Below are positions 12,901 through 23,311 of a stretch of 64,000 nucleotides of DNA, piece after piece. Positions within the stretch are counted from its first letter, which is position 1, and the number at the start of each line of letters is the position of its first letter. A program made the translations under genes and the position numbers. Below the pieces are notes generated by a model. That model saw only the letters and a program-made list of their open reading frames with translations, had not been told where the DNA came from and did no database searches. This stretch comes from Schmidtea nova (taxonomy: Eukaryota), in assembly GCA_044892505.1 (NCBI GenBank), contig CM097882.1:394382001-394446000 (forward strand), given 5' to 3'.

Positions 12901-13187
12901 TAGTAAACCTTCAAGGTAATTAATTAATAATGATCTAAAAAGGACATTATCCGGAATATTCTTGAATGTTTTATTTGTATAAAGATTTGTACATAAGGAT
13001 ACGGATTTATTAATAAAATGACTTCTTGAATATTTTCAAATGAACTCTAAAGAACCTAAAATGTTTACCTCAGAGTTCATTTGAAAGTATTCAAGAAGTT
13101 ATTTTTAAAATAAATCTGGATTTGCATATACAGATATATACAAATATATGCAAATTTATAGTAAAAATAACTTTAAAACCTTTTGTG

Positions 13188-13748
13188 GCCACTGTTGCCA
13201 CTGTTACCATTGTTACCACTGTTGCCACTGTTGCCATTGTTGCCACTGTTGCCACTGTTACCACTGTTGCCACTGTTGCCATTGTTGCCACTGTTGCCAT
13301 TGTTGCCACTGTTACCACTGTTGCCACTGTTGCCACTGTTGCCATTGTTGCCACTGTTGCCACTGTTGCCACTGTTGCCACTGTTGCCACTGTTACCACT
13401 GTTGCCACTGTTGCCACTGTTGCCACTGTTGCCACTGTTGCCATTGTTGCCACTGTTACCACTGTTGCCACTGTTGCCATTGTTGCCACTGTTACCACTG
13501 TTGCCACTGTTACCACTGTTGCCACTGTTGCCACTGTTGCCACTGTTACCACTGTTGCCACTGTTACCACTGTTGCCACTGTTACCACTGTTGCCACTGT
13601 TGCCACTGTTGCCACTGTTACCACTGTTGCCACTGTTGCCACTGTTACCACTGTTGCCACTGTTGCCACTGTTGCCATTGTTGCCACTGTTGCCACTGTT
13701 GCCACTGTTGCCACTGTTGCCACTGTTACCACTGTTGCCACTGTTGCC
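13188..13748. repeat. 9-bp minisatellite (GCCACTGTT)n, ~62 copies
   Basis: Direct reading. Only two recurrent variants (ACCACTGTT, GCCATTGTT). No stop codons in any frame, which explains the overlapping ORFs. Confidence 0.97.
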
Positions 13749-13996
13749 CCCTCCGGATATCCGAGGATTCATAATTTTTAAGAAATTGAAAAGTAAATTA
13801 TTTAAAAATAATTAATAACTTTGTCAAATGTTTATTTATAGTAGTGTCAAATTTTTGACAAAAAAGGAAATTTTTGTAAAGAATTACAGTACAATATGCA
13901 TCCAAACGTTTGATAATTATCATCACTGTCGAGAAATTTATTCTTTTAACATTTATGTTAAAATTAAATTTCATTAAAATACTTTACAATTTTTAG

Positions 13997-14332
13997 TCAA
14001 AGGAACTCGTTCTCTAGAAATAAATAATAAAAAGAAATTAACTTACGTTGGCTCTGGTGGTTTTCCTTATAGAGGCCAGTGTATAAATTGGATATATGCT
14101 TTAAAACGTCTACCGAAAGAAATATCCATTCATTTACAGCATGGAAAATTTAGCAATGACAATTTTCATTATATTTTTGATAAATTTGACGTTTTGTTGA
14201 ATAAATCATGTAGGCCTATCTTTGGAATAGAAGGGAATTTAAAATTTAATAAATTCAACATATTACAGCCGGTATGTTTTGTTGCCCCTGCCAAGCTTGA
14301 ATTGTGCATTTCGCAAACCGTGGAAAATGAAA
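13997..14332 (+). CDS. Candidate exon, divergent kringle-like module (not in ORF track)
   Basis: TTTTAG acceptor and GTGTGA donor, phase 1-1. Open frame KGTRSLEINNKKKLTYVGSGGFPYRGQCINW...NKSCRP...PVCFV...ELCISQT. A 54-nt intron joins it in phase to the next exon. Confidence 0.6.
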
Positions 14333-14386
14333 GTGTGAATTTTGTTTTTATATAACCATGAACATCAAATTTACTGTCATTTTCAG

Positions 14387-14617
14387 ATAGAGTAAATGGA
14401 TTTGATACTTGTCACACTCTGATGCCGGGGTCATACCTTGGTGAAATGTCCAAATCAGTTCATGGGAAGGATTGCTTAACCTGGAAGCTTTTTGGGTCTT
14501 TGGACGAAAGAATAGAAATTATATTTTATGAAAAAACCGATATGCATAATTTCTGCCGAATTACAAACAATACCATTAAACCTTGGTGTTATGTTGGCTC
14601 GTATCGCCAATACTGTG
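14387..14617 (+). CDS. Exon encoding a kringle domain (runs into gap)
   Basis: TTTTCAG acceptor, phase 1. DTCHTLMPGSYLGEMSKSVHGKDCLTW...HNFCRITNNTIKPWCYVGSYRQYC matches the kringle C..YxG..C..W..HNxCR..PWCY pattern. Confidence 0.88.
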
Positions 14618-14798
14618 ANNNNNNNNNNNNNNNNNNNNNNNNNNNNNNNNNNNNNNNNNNNNNNNNNNNNNNNNNNNNNNNNNNNNNNNNNNNNNNNNNN
14701 NNNNNNNNNNNNNNNNNNNNNNNNNNNNNNNNNNNNNNNNNNNNNNNNNNNNNNNNNNNNNNNNNNNNNNNNNNNNNNNNNNNNNNNNNNNNNNNNNN

Positions 14799-15173
14799 TT
14801 TATTTACATAATGTTGCCATTAATAATTTCGGATTTAAAATAACCAAGCCGATTTTTACTCTTTTTGGCAATCAAAAAATTGTTTTCTATGGTTCGGAAG
14901 TATCTAATTTCCCATTAATGGCAACTTTGAATTTCGACTATGTACGCTTTTTTCGGGTTAAAGCGGTCGTTATTAGAAAATGTTTGGGATTCGATGAATA
15001 TTTTTTTGGAATTACCGTAAATATCGTTATTTTTGAAATTTATACGCCATGTGTAGAATGGAATTCCGGAAAAAAGAAAAAACACTTAGTTTATTTCATT
15101 TGTAATTCTTATGGCAATGTAGTTTCCATAGGCAGACCCGAGAAATTAATGCATTGCGGTGTGCAAATTATTA
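14799..15173 (+). CDS. Candidate exon(s) of the same gene, Cys-containing (5' end in gap)
   Basis: Stop-free frame of ~167 codons after the gap containing YTPCVEW. Phase-1 GTAAGA donor at 15174. If unspliced it ends in a hydrophobic stretch at 15301. Confidence 0.4.
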
Positions 15174-15452
15174 GTAAGAATACATTTTGTTTATTAATTA
15201 ATTATCCACAGAATTATCTGGAACACTCTTTATCAATATTGCTTATTTTCATCATTTTATGCTGTAGATCCATTGAGTTGCTTTCATTTTTAATTCATTG
15301 ATTTAGTCTGAAAGAAATAAGAAGAAATAAAATTGTAAATGAAAGCAAATCAAAGTAAAAAAGTTAAATTATTTGGATCAATGTATATTTTACGGGAAAT
15401 GTATATCAATGTATATTTTATGGGAAAGCGATACGTGGAGATTAGTTTTGAT

Positions 15453-15970
15453 CAGCGCCGTGCTGTAACTTTTGGGGGCCCTGAGCAGAAACTAAAAAAA
15501 TTTTTTTTTAATTTGAATTAATTTTTTATTGATTTTATTTAAAAAATAATACAAAGCGATTATAAAGTAATTTTTCTAGCTTTATTGCTGGTAAATTCAT
15601 TAATTATATCATTGTAATCAATTGCTCTGGCTGTTGCATTTCCAATCGGCAGTATTGCCAATCCAGGAAGTCTTTCCTGTGACATTGTAGACCGTAGATA
15701 ATTTTCAATTAATTTTAGTTTTGAAAACGATCGTTCACAATGAGCAAAAGTAAAATGGGTACTGTTAAAATTATTCGATATATTATACATACATTTGTAT
15801 CTAATTCTTCCAAACTTCTTTCTAAAATGTATTCCAAATTCTCCATAATAGTATAATTATCTTCTAAAATATATTTTTGCTAATGGAGAAGTTTTTCCAA
15901 TGTATTTAATATTTGGGGCCCTCAAGAATAGGGGGCCCAGTGCCATTGCACTTGCGATAGAACGGCGCTG
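15453..15970 (-). mobile_element. Non-autonomous hAT element with dimerisation-domain remnant
   Basis: CAGCGCCG...CGGCGCTG termini, GGGGGCCC subterminal motifs, and CERSFSKLKLIENYLRSTMSQERL (hAT C-terminal domain). Confidence 0.85.
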
Positions 15971-16089
15971 TATATATATATATATATATATATAAATCTT
16001 CATCTTTTATGTTTTTAAATTATTTGAGCTATTATATAAATTTACTGAAAATCTCTATTATTTATCTAATTAGTTTTATTTAATCTTAG

Positions 16090-16368
16090 TCGACATGATA
16101 AATGCTCATTGTCAAAATTTCTATTACGATTTTTATGGACCATCGAATCCACCTGGAATACATTGTTTAAACTGGTTAGGGTCAAATGCCAATTTTACAT
16201 ATTTAGATGGAAATTTTGACAGTCTTATTAAATTTAAACGTGAATTTCAAGTGGATCTGATTAAAAATAAATGCCTATTACTCCCAAAAGAAAATAATTT
16301 GAAATGCATTTCGAGTTACAAAGACCAACAGTTTCAGCTGTCCATGTGTAATATTCCACAGTGTTCAA
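16090..16368 (+). CDS. Exon encoding a divergent kringle-like module
   Basis: CTTAG acceptor and GTAAAT donor, phase 1-1. HCQNFYYDFYGPSNPPGIHCLNW...KC...KC...MCNIPQCS has six Cys in kringle-like spacing. Confidence 0.72.
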
Positions 16369-16818
16369 GTAAATTATTTTATAAATTATTAACTTTTTAT
16401 TTATAGTAATTCAAATATATATTTTTAATTCTCATTAATTCATGATATTGTTAATAAGATTTCATCTCATAAAAAATATCAAAAGAGCACATTGTTTACT
16501 TTGTAGGCTTTTAATAGTTATTTTTAAATTATATAATTTTTATAACATAACACATAAAATAGAAGTGAATGAAATTCTTAATGACTTTGAGATTTTGGGT
16601 CGTTAATTTACAAATTTTCTTGATATCAGGCACAATTTTAAAATAATCTTTTGGTTTCACCTTTGATCTCTTTTTATTTATATTCATAATTTTCATAGTT
16701 GTGTGACTATTGATCAAAATCTTTTTTGGATATTTTGTTTGTTAATTATCATTTCTCATTTTTTGGTAATTGATAATTTATTTATAATTTTTTTCAGGTG
16801 AATTTTAATATAAAATTA

Positions 16819-16912
<94 letters not shown>

Positions 16913-17071
16913 CTTCGTCGTTTGGTCACTTATACTTTTAATTTTAATTTAATTTTATCAAACAAATAATTATAAATAAATTTTAACAATTACCAAAAAA
17001 ACACTTGAAAGGATAACATCAATGAAAAATAACACTAATAAATGAAATATTAACACTGTCTCATGCTAAGC

Positions 17072-17330
17072 TCATACTATCAAATGAGAAACCCTATAAC
17101 TTGAACTTAAGCCTTCTGATTTAGCTGTCACGAAAAATGGATTCCTTTCTATATTTCGAAAAATATCGTCAAAATATTTGTTTTTAAAGTCATGTAAGTT
17201 GTGTAATAATATATCAGAAACTTCTTCATCTATTTTTAAATTTAATTCAGCTAAATATTCGTGTTTAAGCGAGAAAGAAATCAACATTTTTCTTTAAGTA
17301 TTTCTACAGCAGTAAAATAAAATTGTAATT
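17072..17330 (-). mobile_element. hAT (Buster/Charlie-type) transposase C-terminal remnant
   Basis: HNLHDFKNKYFDDIFRNIERNPF resembles the HL..L...F..YF....IRNPF segment of Buster/ZBED5-type transposases. Confidence 0.45.
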
Positions 17331-17428
17331 TTCTCTCAAAAAAATCAATTTTCTCTCTTGCGTTAAAAATTGTATTAATCTTTGTATCAATCAGGAAGGG
17401 TCTTTTATGCCTAAGGATAGCTGGTCAA

Positions 17429-18800
17429 TAGGGTGGTCCTTAAATACATGAAAAAAATTTTTTCCCCAAGAATTGTTCCATTTAAGCTAGAAACACTAGA
17501 AAAAAAGTTAGTGCAAAATGATCATCATCGCGGCCCTGTCACTCAGGAAATTTTGATCAAGCATAGCTGTTAGAAGGGCCGATATGATATGATGGCGACC
17601 TCGTTTTCGTGGTGGAGGAGTAGCAGAATTCGTGCTGGGATGGGGATCTTGATCATCAGATTCAGATGAATTGTTCTCCGAATTACTGCTGCTGCTGTCC
17701 AGCACAACCTTATCTGACAAAACGTACTTCTCAAGCTCAGAACGGTGTCTTTTTCTTTGCAATGTTGCCACCTTTTCACTTTGCTTCTGTTGTTGCTGCA
17801 GCAGTACCGTGTCAACACCCACCATACAGCCAGGTCGTCCTTTCTTCCGCTGGGTCTCCAGAAACAACTTGTCCTCGTCATTATTGATTAGCTCCATAGC
17901 ATTGGCATGTGCAATGTCAAACAGCTCTTCAATCGTTTCTGAAAATGTGGCTTCATTGGCTTGCTGAGTCTACGTGTGGCGGTTCTTATTCTTCTTCAGG
18001 CCTTTCCACTCGTAGAATAGTTGCTCAGGCTTTTTGATGGAATCCTGTCGGTGCTTGATTTGTGTGGATTTGGGAACAAACGCATTATGACTCATTACGT
18101 GAGCGGCAGAAAAAAAACATAAACACCCCCTGTGGTAGAAATTTTTATGACTCATAATATTTTTCAAAAAATTTGTTTTTTAAAAAAAGTTTTAAAATAT
18201 TTTTTACCTTTTATTTTTGAAATATTTTCTGTTTTTTAAATTTTTTAAATTTATTTTTATTTACCTTTATTTACCTTTTATTTTCTAAATATTTTCGATC
18301 TTTTTTTAATTTTTTTAATTTGAAAATTTATATATTTTTTATTTTTTACTTTTTATCTTTTATTTTTGAAAAACTTTCTGTTTTTTATCCTGTTTCTTAA
18401 TTTTTGGTACAAAATTTCATTTTTTCGATCAGACAACTTTAAAAATAATACCACCGTGTGCGTCACTGAAATGCCTTGATAACGAGACCAATTTTAACCT
18501 TGGTACTTTAAGTTTTTTCTTTTTGTTTGAAAATTTTATTTTTTGATCAGATACCTTCAAAAATAATACCAGCGTGTGCGTCACTGAAATGCCTTGAGAA
18601 CGATACCAAATTTGACCTTGATACTTGTACTTTTAAATTTTTAAAAAATTTATTTAAATTGAAAATGAGTCATCGATGACGTCATATAATTCACATTTGA
18701 AATGAGTCATCGATGCGTTACAAGGATGAGTCATTGATATGATGGGTCATCGACGAGTCATCATTTTAAACTTTTTTAAACTTTTAAAAATACACGAAAT
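17429..18800 (-). mobile_element. Internally deleted hATm-like DNA transposon
   Basis: TAGGGTG terminus at 17429. ORFs contain KPEQLFYEWKGLKKN, FLETQRKKGRPGCMVGVD and LTAMLD...SDRAAM. Subterminal 118-bp-period direct repeats. Other terminus not seen, possibly in the gap. Family name is from recalled motifs. Confidence 0.55.
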
Positions 18801-19295
18801 CATCAGTTGTTTACTTTTAAGAATTCTAAAATAGCTTTAAGTAACAACGATGATAAGCGTCAGTAGGTGGGTAAAAACGAAAGTTTTGCATTCGGGCATT
18901 ATTTAGGAGTCAATACCTTGAACGACGGAGAAGACGAGTTCTTAATGTCGATATTTCTGGATTGAAGAAAGGATAATTTTGATTTTAATAAAACTTGTTA
19001 AAAATTTGCCTTATTATTTGTATATNNNNNNNNNNNNNNNNNNNNNNNNNNNNNNNNNNNNNNNNNNNNNNNNNNNNNNNNNNNNNNNNNNNNNNNNNNN
19101 NNNNNNNNNNNNNNNNNNNNNNNNNNNNNNNNNNNNNNNNNNNNNNNNNNNNNNNNNNNNNNNNNNNNNNNNNNNNNNNNNNNNNNNNNNNNNNNNNNNN
19201 NNNNNNNNNNNNNNNNNNNNNNNNNNNNNNNNNNNNNNNNNNNNNNNNNNNNNNNNNNNNNNNNNNNNNNNNNNNNNNNNNNNNNNNNNNNNNNN

Positions 19296-19346
19296 NGTGT
19301 AGTTGAACGTAGTTGAGCGTAGTTGAACGTAGTTGAGCGTAGTTGA
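19296..19346. repeat. 10-bp tandem repeat (CGTAGTTGAR)n abutting the assembly gap
   Basis: About five copies are visible immediately after the N run. The array probably extends into the gap. Confidence 0.8.
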
Positions 19347-22073
19347 ATGGAGCGCAGTGGTATAGTGGTACAGTTGTTAGAAAATCGACATCCCCTAAAA
19401 AATTAATTAAAATTATTAAAAATAATGAGGACCTACATTGAAGGGCGGCCTGATTCTGATTGGTCAATCAAACCAGCACGATCAGTATAAATACCGACCC
19501 GAAAATTATTCTAATCAGAGTTAACAATTTTTGAACTAGTTCAGTCGACTTAACTGATTTGATACTAGCACTAATTCTGTTAGTTCTATTTTTAACCAGG
19601 ACTTTAGGGATTTGAGAGGTAAATTTTATGCTTGTTGTATTATAGTACTCCCATGATTTTGTTAATATATTTTAATCATTATGTGTTTTGTTTTTATGAT
19701 AACTTTTGATAAGTTTATGGATAAAGCTTCCTCTGTAGCTCACGCTGCGAGGGCCCAAGCCTTCTGCGTGGGGCTTTTTAGCTCCACAAGATGATGAAGG
19801 TTGATTTATGTTTATTGCTTCTCATACTATGATTTTTCTATGGGTAGGGTTGCACATAAGGGATTTCAACAGTTTTTTAAAGGTTTCTCTGGAATATATT
19901 GAATAGTGGATGTGACACAGGTGATTCCAACGGTTTTTTTGAAGGTTTTTCTGGAATATTTTTGAATAGTAAATATAACACAGGATCCCAACATTTTTAT
20001 TGAGGGTTTTTTAAATATTTGGAACAGTAAAGATAACACATTGGGTAGTTTTAATTCATATTTTCTCGGGAAGTTTAGGGTAATAACCGGTGCATACATA
20101 AGGTATGTTCAATTAATATTTTTCGGGTAATTTTTCAAGACGATCAGATTTGATATCGCACAAAGAAGATCAAATGAAATTTTTTAAAGGAATTTTCATG
20201 GGGTACAGTGTTACCAACATTTCTTGCTGATATAAGAGAATTAGTTAAGAGATGAGAGAATTAGTACGTAATTTTTAGAGAAATATTTTCAAAGTGTTTG
20301 GATTATTAACTGTTGTGCATAGGGGAATTTAAGCCGTGAGTCGAGAGAAGTTCTATGATGTTTAGACTTACAAATGTCATCCTTAGGAGAGTTCAGAGGT
20401 AATATCTAGGGTTTTATGGCATTTTAGATGGTAGATTCAGCTAACACGAAGGGGAAACGAGCATTACTTTTGGGATTTCACGAAAATTAAAAGGGGAATC
20501 AAGTAACAAAATCCTTATCACGGAAGTTTCAACAGGAAAAACGGGGGCACCTTGAAATTTACAACGTTTAAACCTGGAAAGAAGGGACCGGAAGGCTCGA
20601 GAGTTAATGAATGTTTGAGAATCCCAGACAAAAATTGACCTAAACAATTTTTCTGAGGCTGATGCCGCTGAAGGCACGTAATAGTTTTATATTTTCTTTT
20701 ATTCAAACAGATGAAAAGCCATAACATTGATTACAGATATGGAGTAACCGAACAAAAGCCAACGAGGGAGAATACCAACTCGAAGCCACAAAAACCCCTG
20801 CGGGTGCTGAAAGATTTACCCATTTCGGTGATTCGGGTCATAAATGCACATATGTTCAAGTGGCGCCGTGCGTTCCAGATAAAGTGTTCATTCTCAATCT
20901 GGAGAACTGACAATGATGAAATTTTATTATCGCGGAGGTCCCGGTTCGCCGATTTCAACCGAGCGATCGTATTTCCATAAATGCGGCTGACTGATCAAAC
21001 TGATCAACGATATAAAGCAGCAACCACAAGGAGTGGTTTACTGGAGTCACATTCCCCAATCAGAATTTGCCGAACTGAGTTTGACTCTGACAATATCCAC
21101 ACGTCCAATCAGGAAATTTAAGGAGGAAAAGCTTACTAGATTTTCCATATCAGAGCTGCAAAAGAAACCCTTGTGCGAAGACTTACATATCATACAAGTT
21201 TTCGCCCGGAACAATAAAGCCGTTTTTAACTAATGTGATTTTTTGTTTAAATAAAATTGAATTCTATTAATTTTGTCTTGACATTGGTAATTTCGGTAAT
21301 AAATCTGTACGAGTGCGTTCTGACCCTAGTGCTTCCGACCTTTAGAAACTATAAGATGCAGGTGAGATAAAACCGTTAATTTTTTGTTATTGTACTATGA
21401 CGAAGCAACCTAACTATCAGACTGAACTAGAAAAAGCTCTCCGAATTAGGGAAAGTCTGGAGAAGGAGATTGAAACCTTGAAGATGCAGGCAAACTGATT
21501 TGCGGCTCAAAACCAATACTTACGACAGAACTGGTTCGCCCTACGCGAATGAAAGACCAGATAAATCGAACCGAACGTGCCCAACGAAACAATTTTATGT
21601 TTCATACGCTTTTTAAAGATGTGATTCTTGGATTTAATAATATAAAGATTAAGGGTGGTAACAATACATACATTCACAAGGCAATAATAGAAACTATTTT
21701 AAATCATAATTCTGATACTAAAAATACGTGTTTTACTCCTATTGGCTATGGTAGTGATGAAAATAGGAAAAGTGGATTAAGGTTCTTAAATGTTTTCCAT
21801 GTGTTAACCATTACAACTTGATCTTATGCATAAGCTGAAATATATAATTTCAGGCATTAATAGTCACATTAGGTTGAAAAGATCTGATTTTGTTTTATCA
21901 CTAACTTGTACTGTCGGTGTGCCAATATGTCAATTAGTTGTGCATGTGTATGGCTAACAATGACATTGAAGTATTTGTCTAAATGCATATACAAATCTGA
22001 TTGGATAAAGACAGTAAAAAAACAAAGATCTCAATGAAATTCGTTATAACTATAAAATACAATTGACAAATAG

Positions 22074-22259
22074 TTTCACATCAGTTCAAATCTTATAATT
22101 ATAAAATGAATTTTTCGCAAAAACCGATTAATTTCAACTTTTATTTCCAAATAAAACTGACAAAGACCGAATTTTTCTGTCTGCGATCGTCAATTTCTAA
22201 TGATGACTGTTATTCATTATATAGAATTTTCAACCAGCTCAATATTACTATGAATTGCA
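22074..22259 (+). CDS. Weak candidate exon (Cys-containing, phase 1-1)
   Basis: AAATAG acceptor, GTAACA donor, open frame ending FFCLRSS...DCYSLY...MNC. Same phase as the confirmed kringle exons. Confidence 0.3.
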
Positions 22260-23311
22260 GTAACATTATTATTAGTGAAATATTATATTAGTTATTAGTG
22301 TGATATTCTATATAGATGACGAGCATTGGTATATTTATGCAATCATCCAGGGTTACGAACAAAATTTTGAAAACCGATTGACTTCAATTAGAAAAATTAA
22401 GAAGGCAGTACAGACTGTTAAGTACAACATTGTAATTTANNNNNNNNNNNNNNNNNNNNNNNNNNNNNNNNNNNNNNNNNNNNNNNNNNNNNNNNNNNNN
22501 NNNNNNNNNNNNNNNNNNNNNNNNNNNNNNNNNNNNNNNNNNNNNNNNNNNNNNNNNNNNNNNNNNNNNNNNNNNNNNNNNNNNNNNNNNNNNNNNNNNN
22601 NNNNNNNNNNNNNNNNNNNNNNNNNNNNNNNNNNNNNNNNNNNNNNNNNNNNNNNNNNNNATTTGGACAAGATTTTTAAACTTAGAAGGAAAAAAAGTTA
22701 AAGTATGAAAAAATATTTTAATATTTAAATAAGATGTTTTAGAATTACTAACTAGTAAAATGAAAATAGGTTATAATTGCTAAACTATAAAGTTTAACCC
22801 TTTCAAGGCAGCCTGTCATATGAGAAGACCACCCTTTCAAAAATTGTTTTATATCTTCCTATTTGTTTTGTCAACTAGCAACGACGATAAATAAGTTATC
22901 TATATGGTACTTTTAATGCATACTATTGTGAAATTATTTGCTTTCTAATTATTCTGCCGTTTTATGTTATTATAGTGTGTGTTGATATGGAAACTGTTAT
23001 ATATTTAGCCGAAGTATGCTGATCCCAGCCGGGTCACCGGTGAAAATAACTGTCTTGGGACAACTGAGGTGCGTGTTATGTATTTGCGTGCCTGCGTGTG
23101 TGCGTATGTAGATGTATGCGTACTAACAACCAAAGAACCAAAACAAAATTGTAGAACACTTATTATTTAACTGCAACAGCAATAAAATATATACTCAAGT
23201 AATAACTGGACCACCGTTCATTTCAAATACAATATTTAATTCCTTCTTTAGAAATTTTAATTGGATTCAGTTTCTTTTTATGGTTGGCAATTTATTATGG
23301 CTTGTCGATTC

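Noticed and set aside
13188-13748. CRISPR-like or repeat-spacer array
   Set aside because: Contiguous 9-bp units with no unique spacers, in a eukaryotic context with no cas genes.
17570-17967. Several overlapping Cys- or Ser-rich ORFs
   Set aside because: They are alternative frames or antisense shadows of the GC-richer hATm-like transposase fragment.
21619-21821. Kringle-start-like motif TCFTPIGYG...KSGLRFLN with a phase-1 acceptor
   Set aside because: The frame ends in a stop with no convincing donor and lacks the conserved C..W. At best a pseudo-exon.
14528-22701. Long ORFs listed across N runs (14528-15301, 18979-19467, 22300-22701; also 57884-58433)
   Set aside because: Their length is an artefact of translating gaps. 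Only the separately supported parts were kept.
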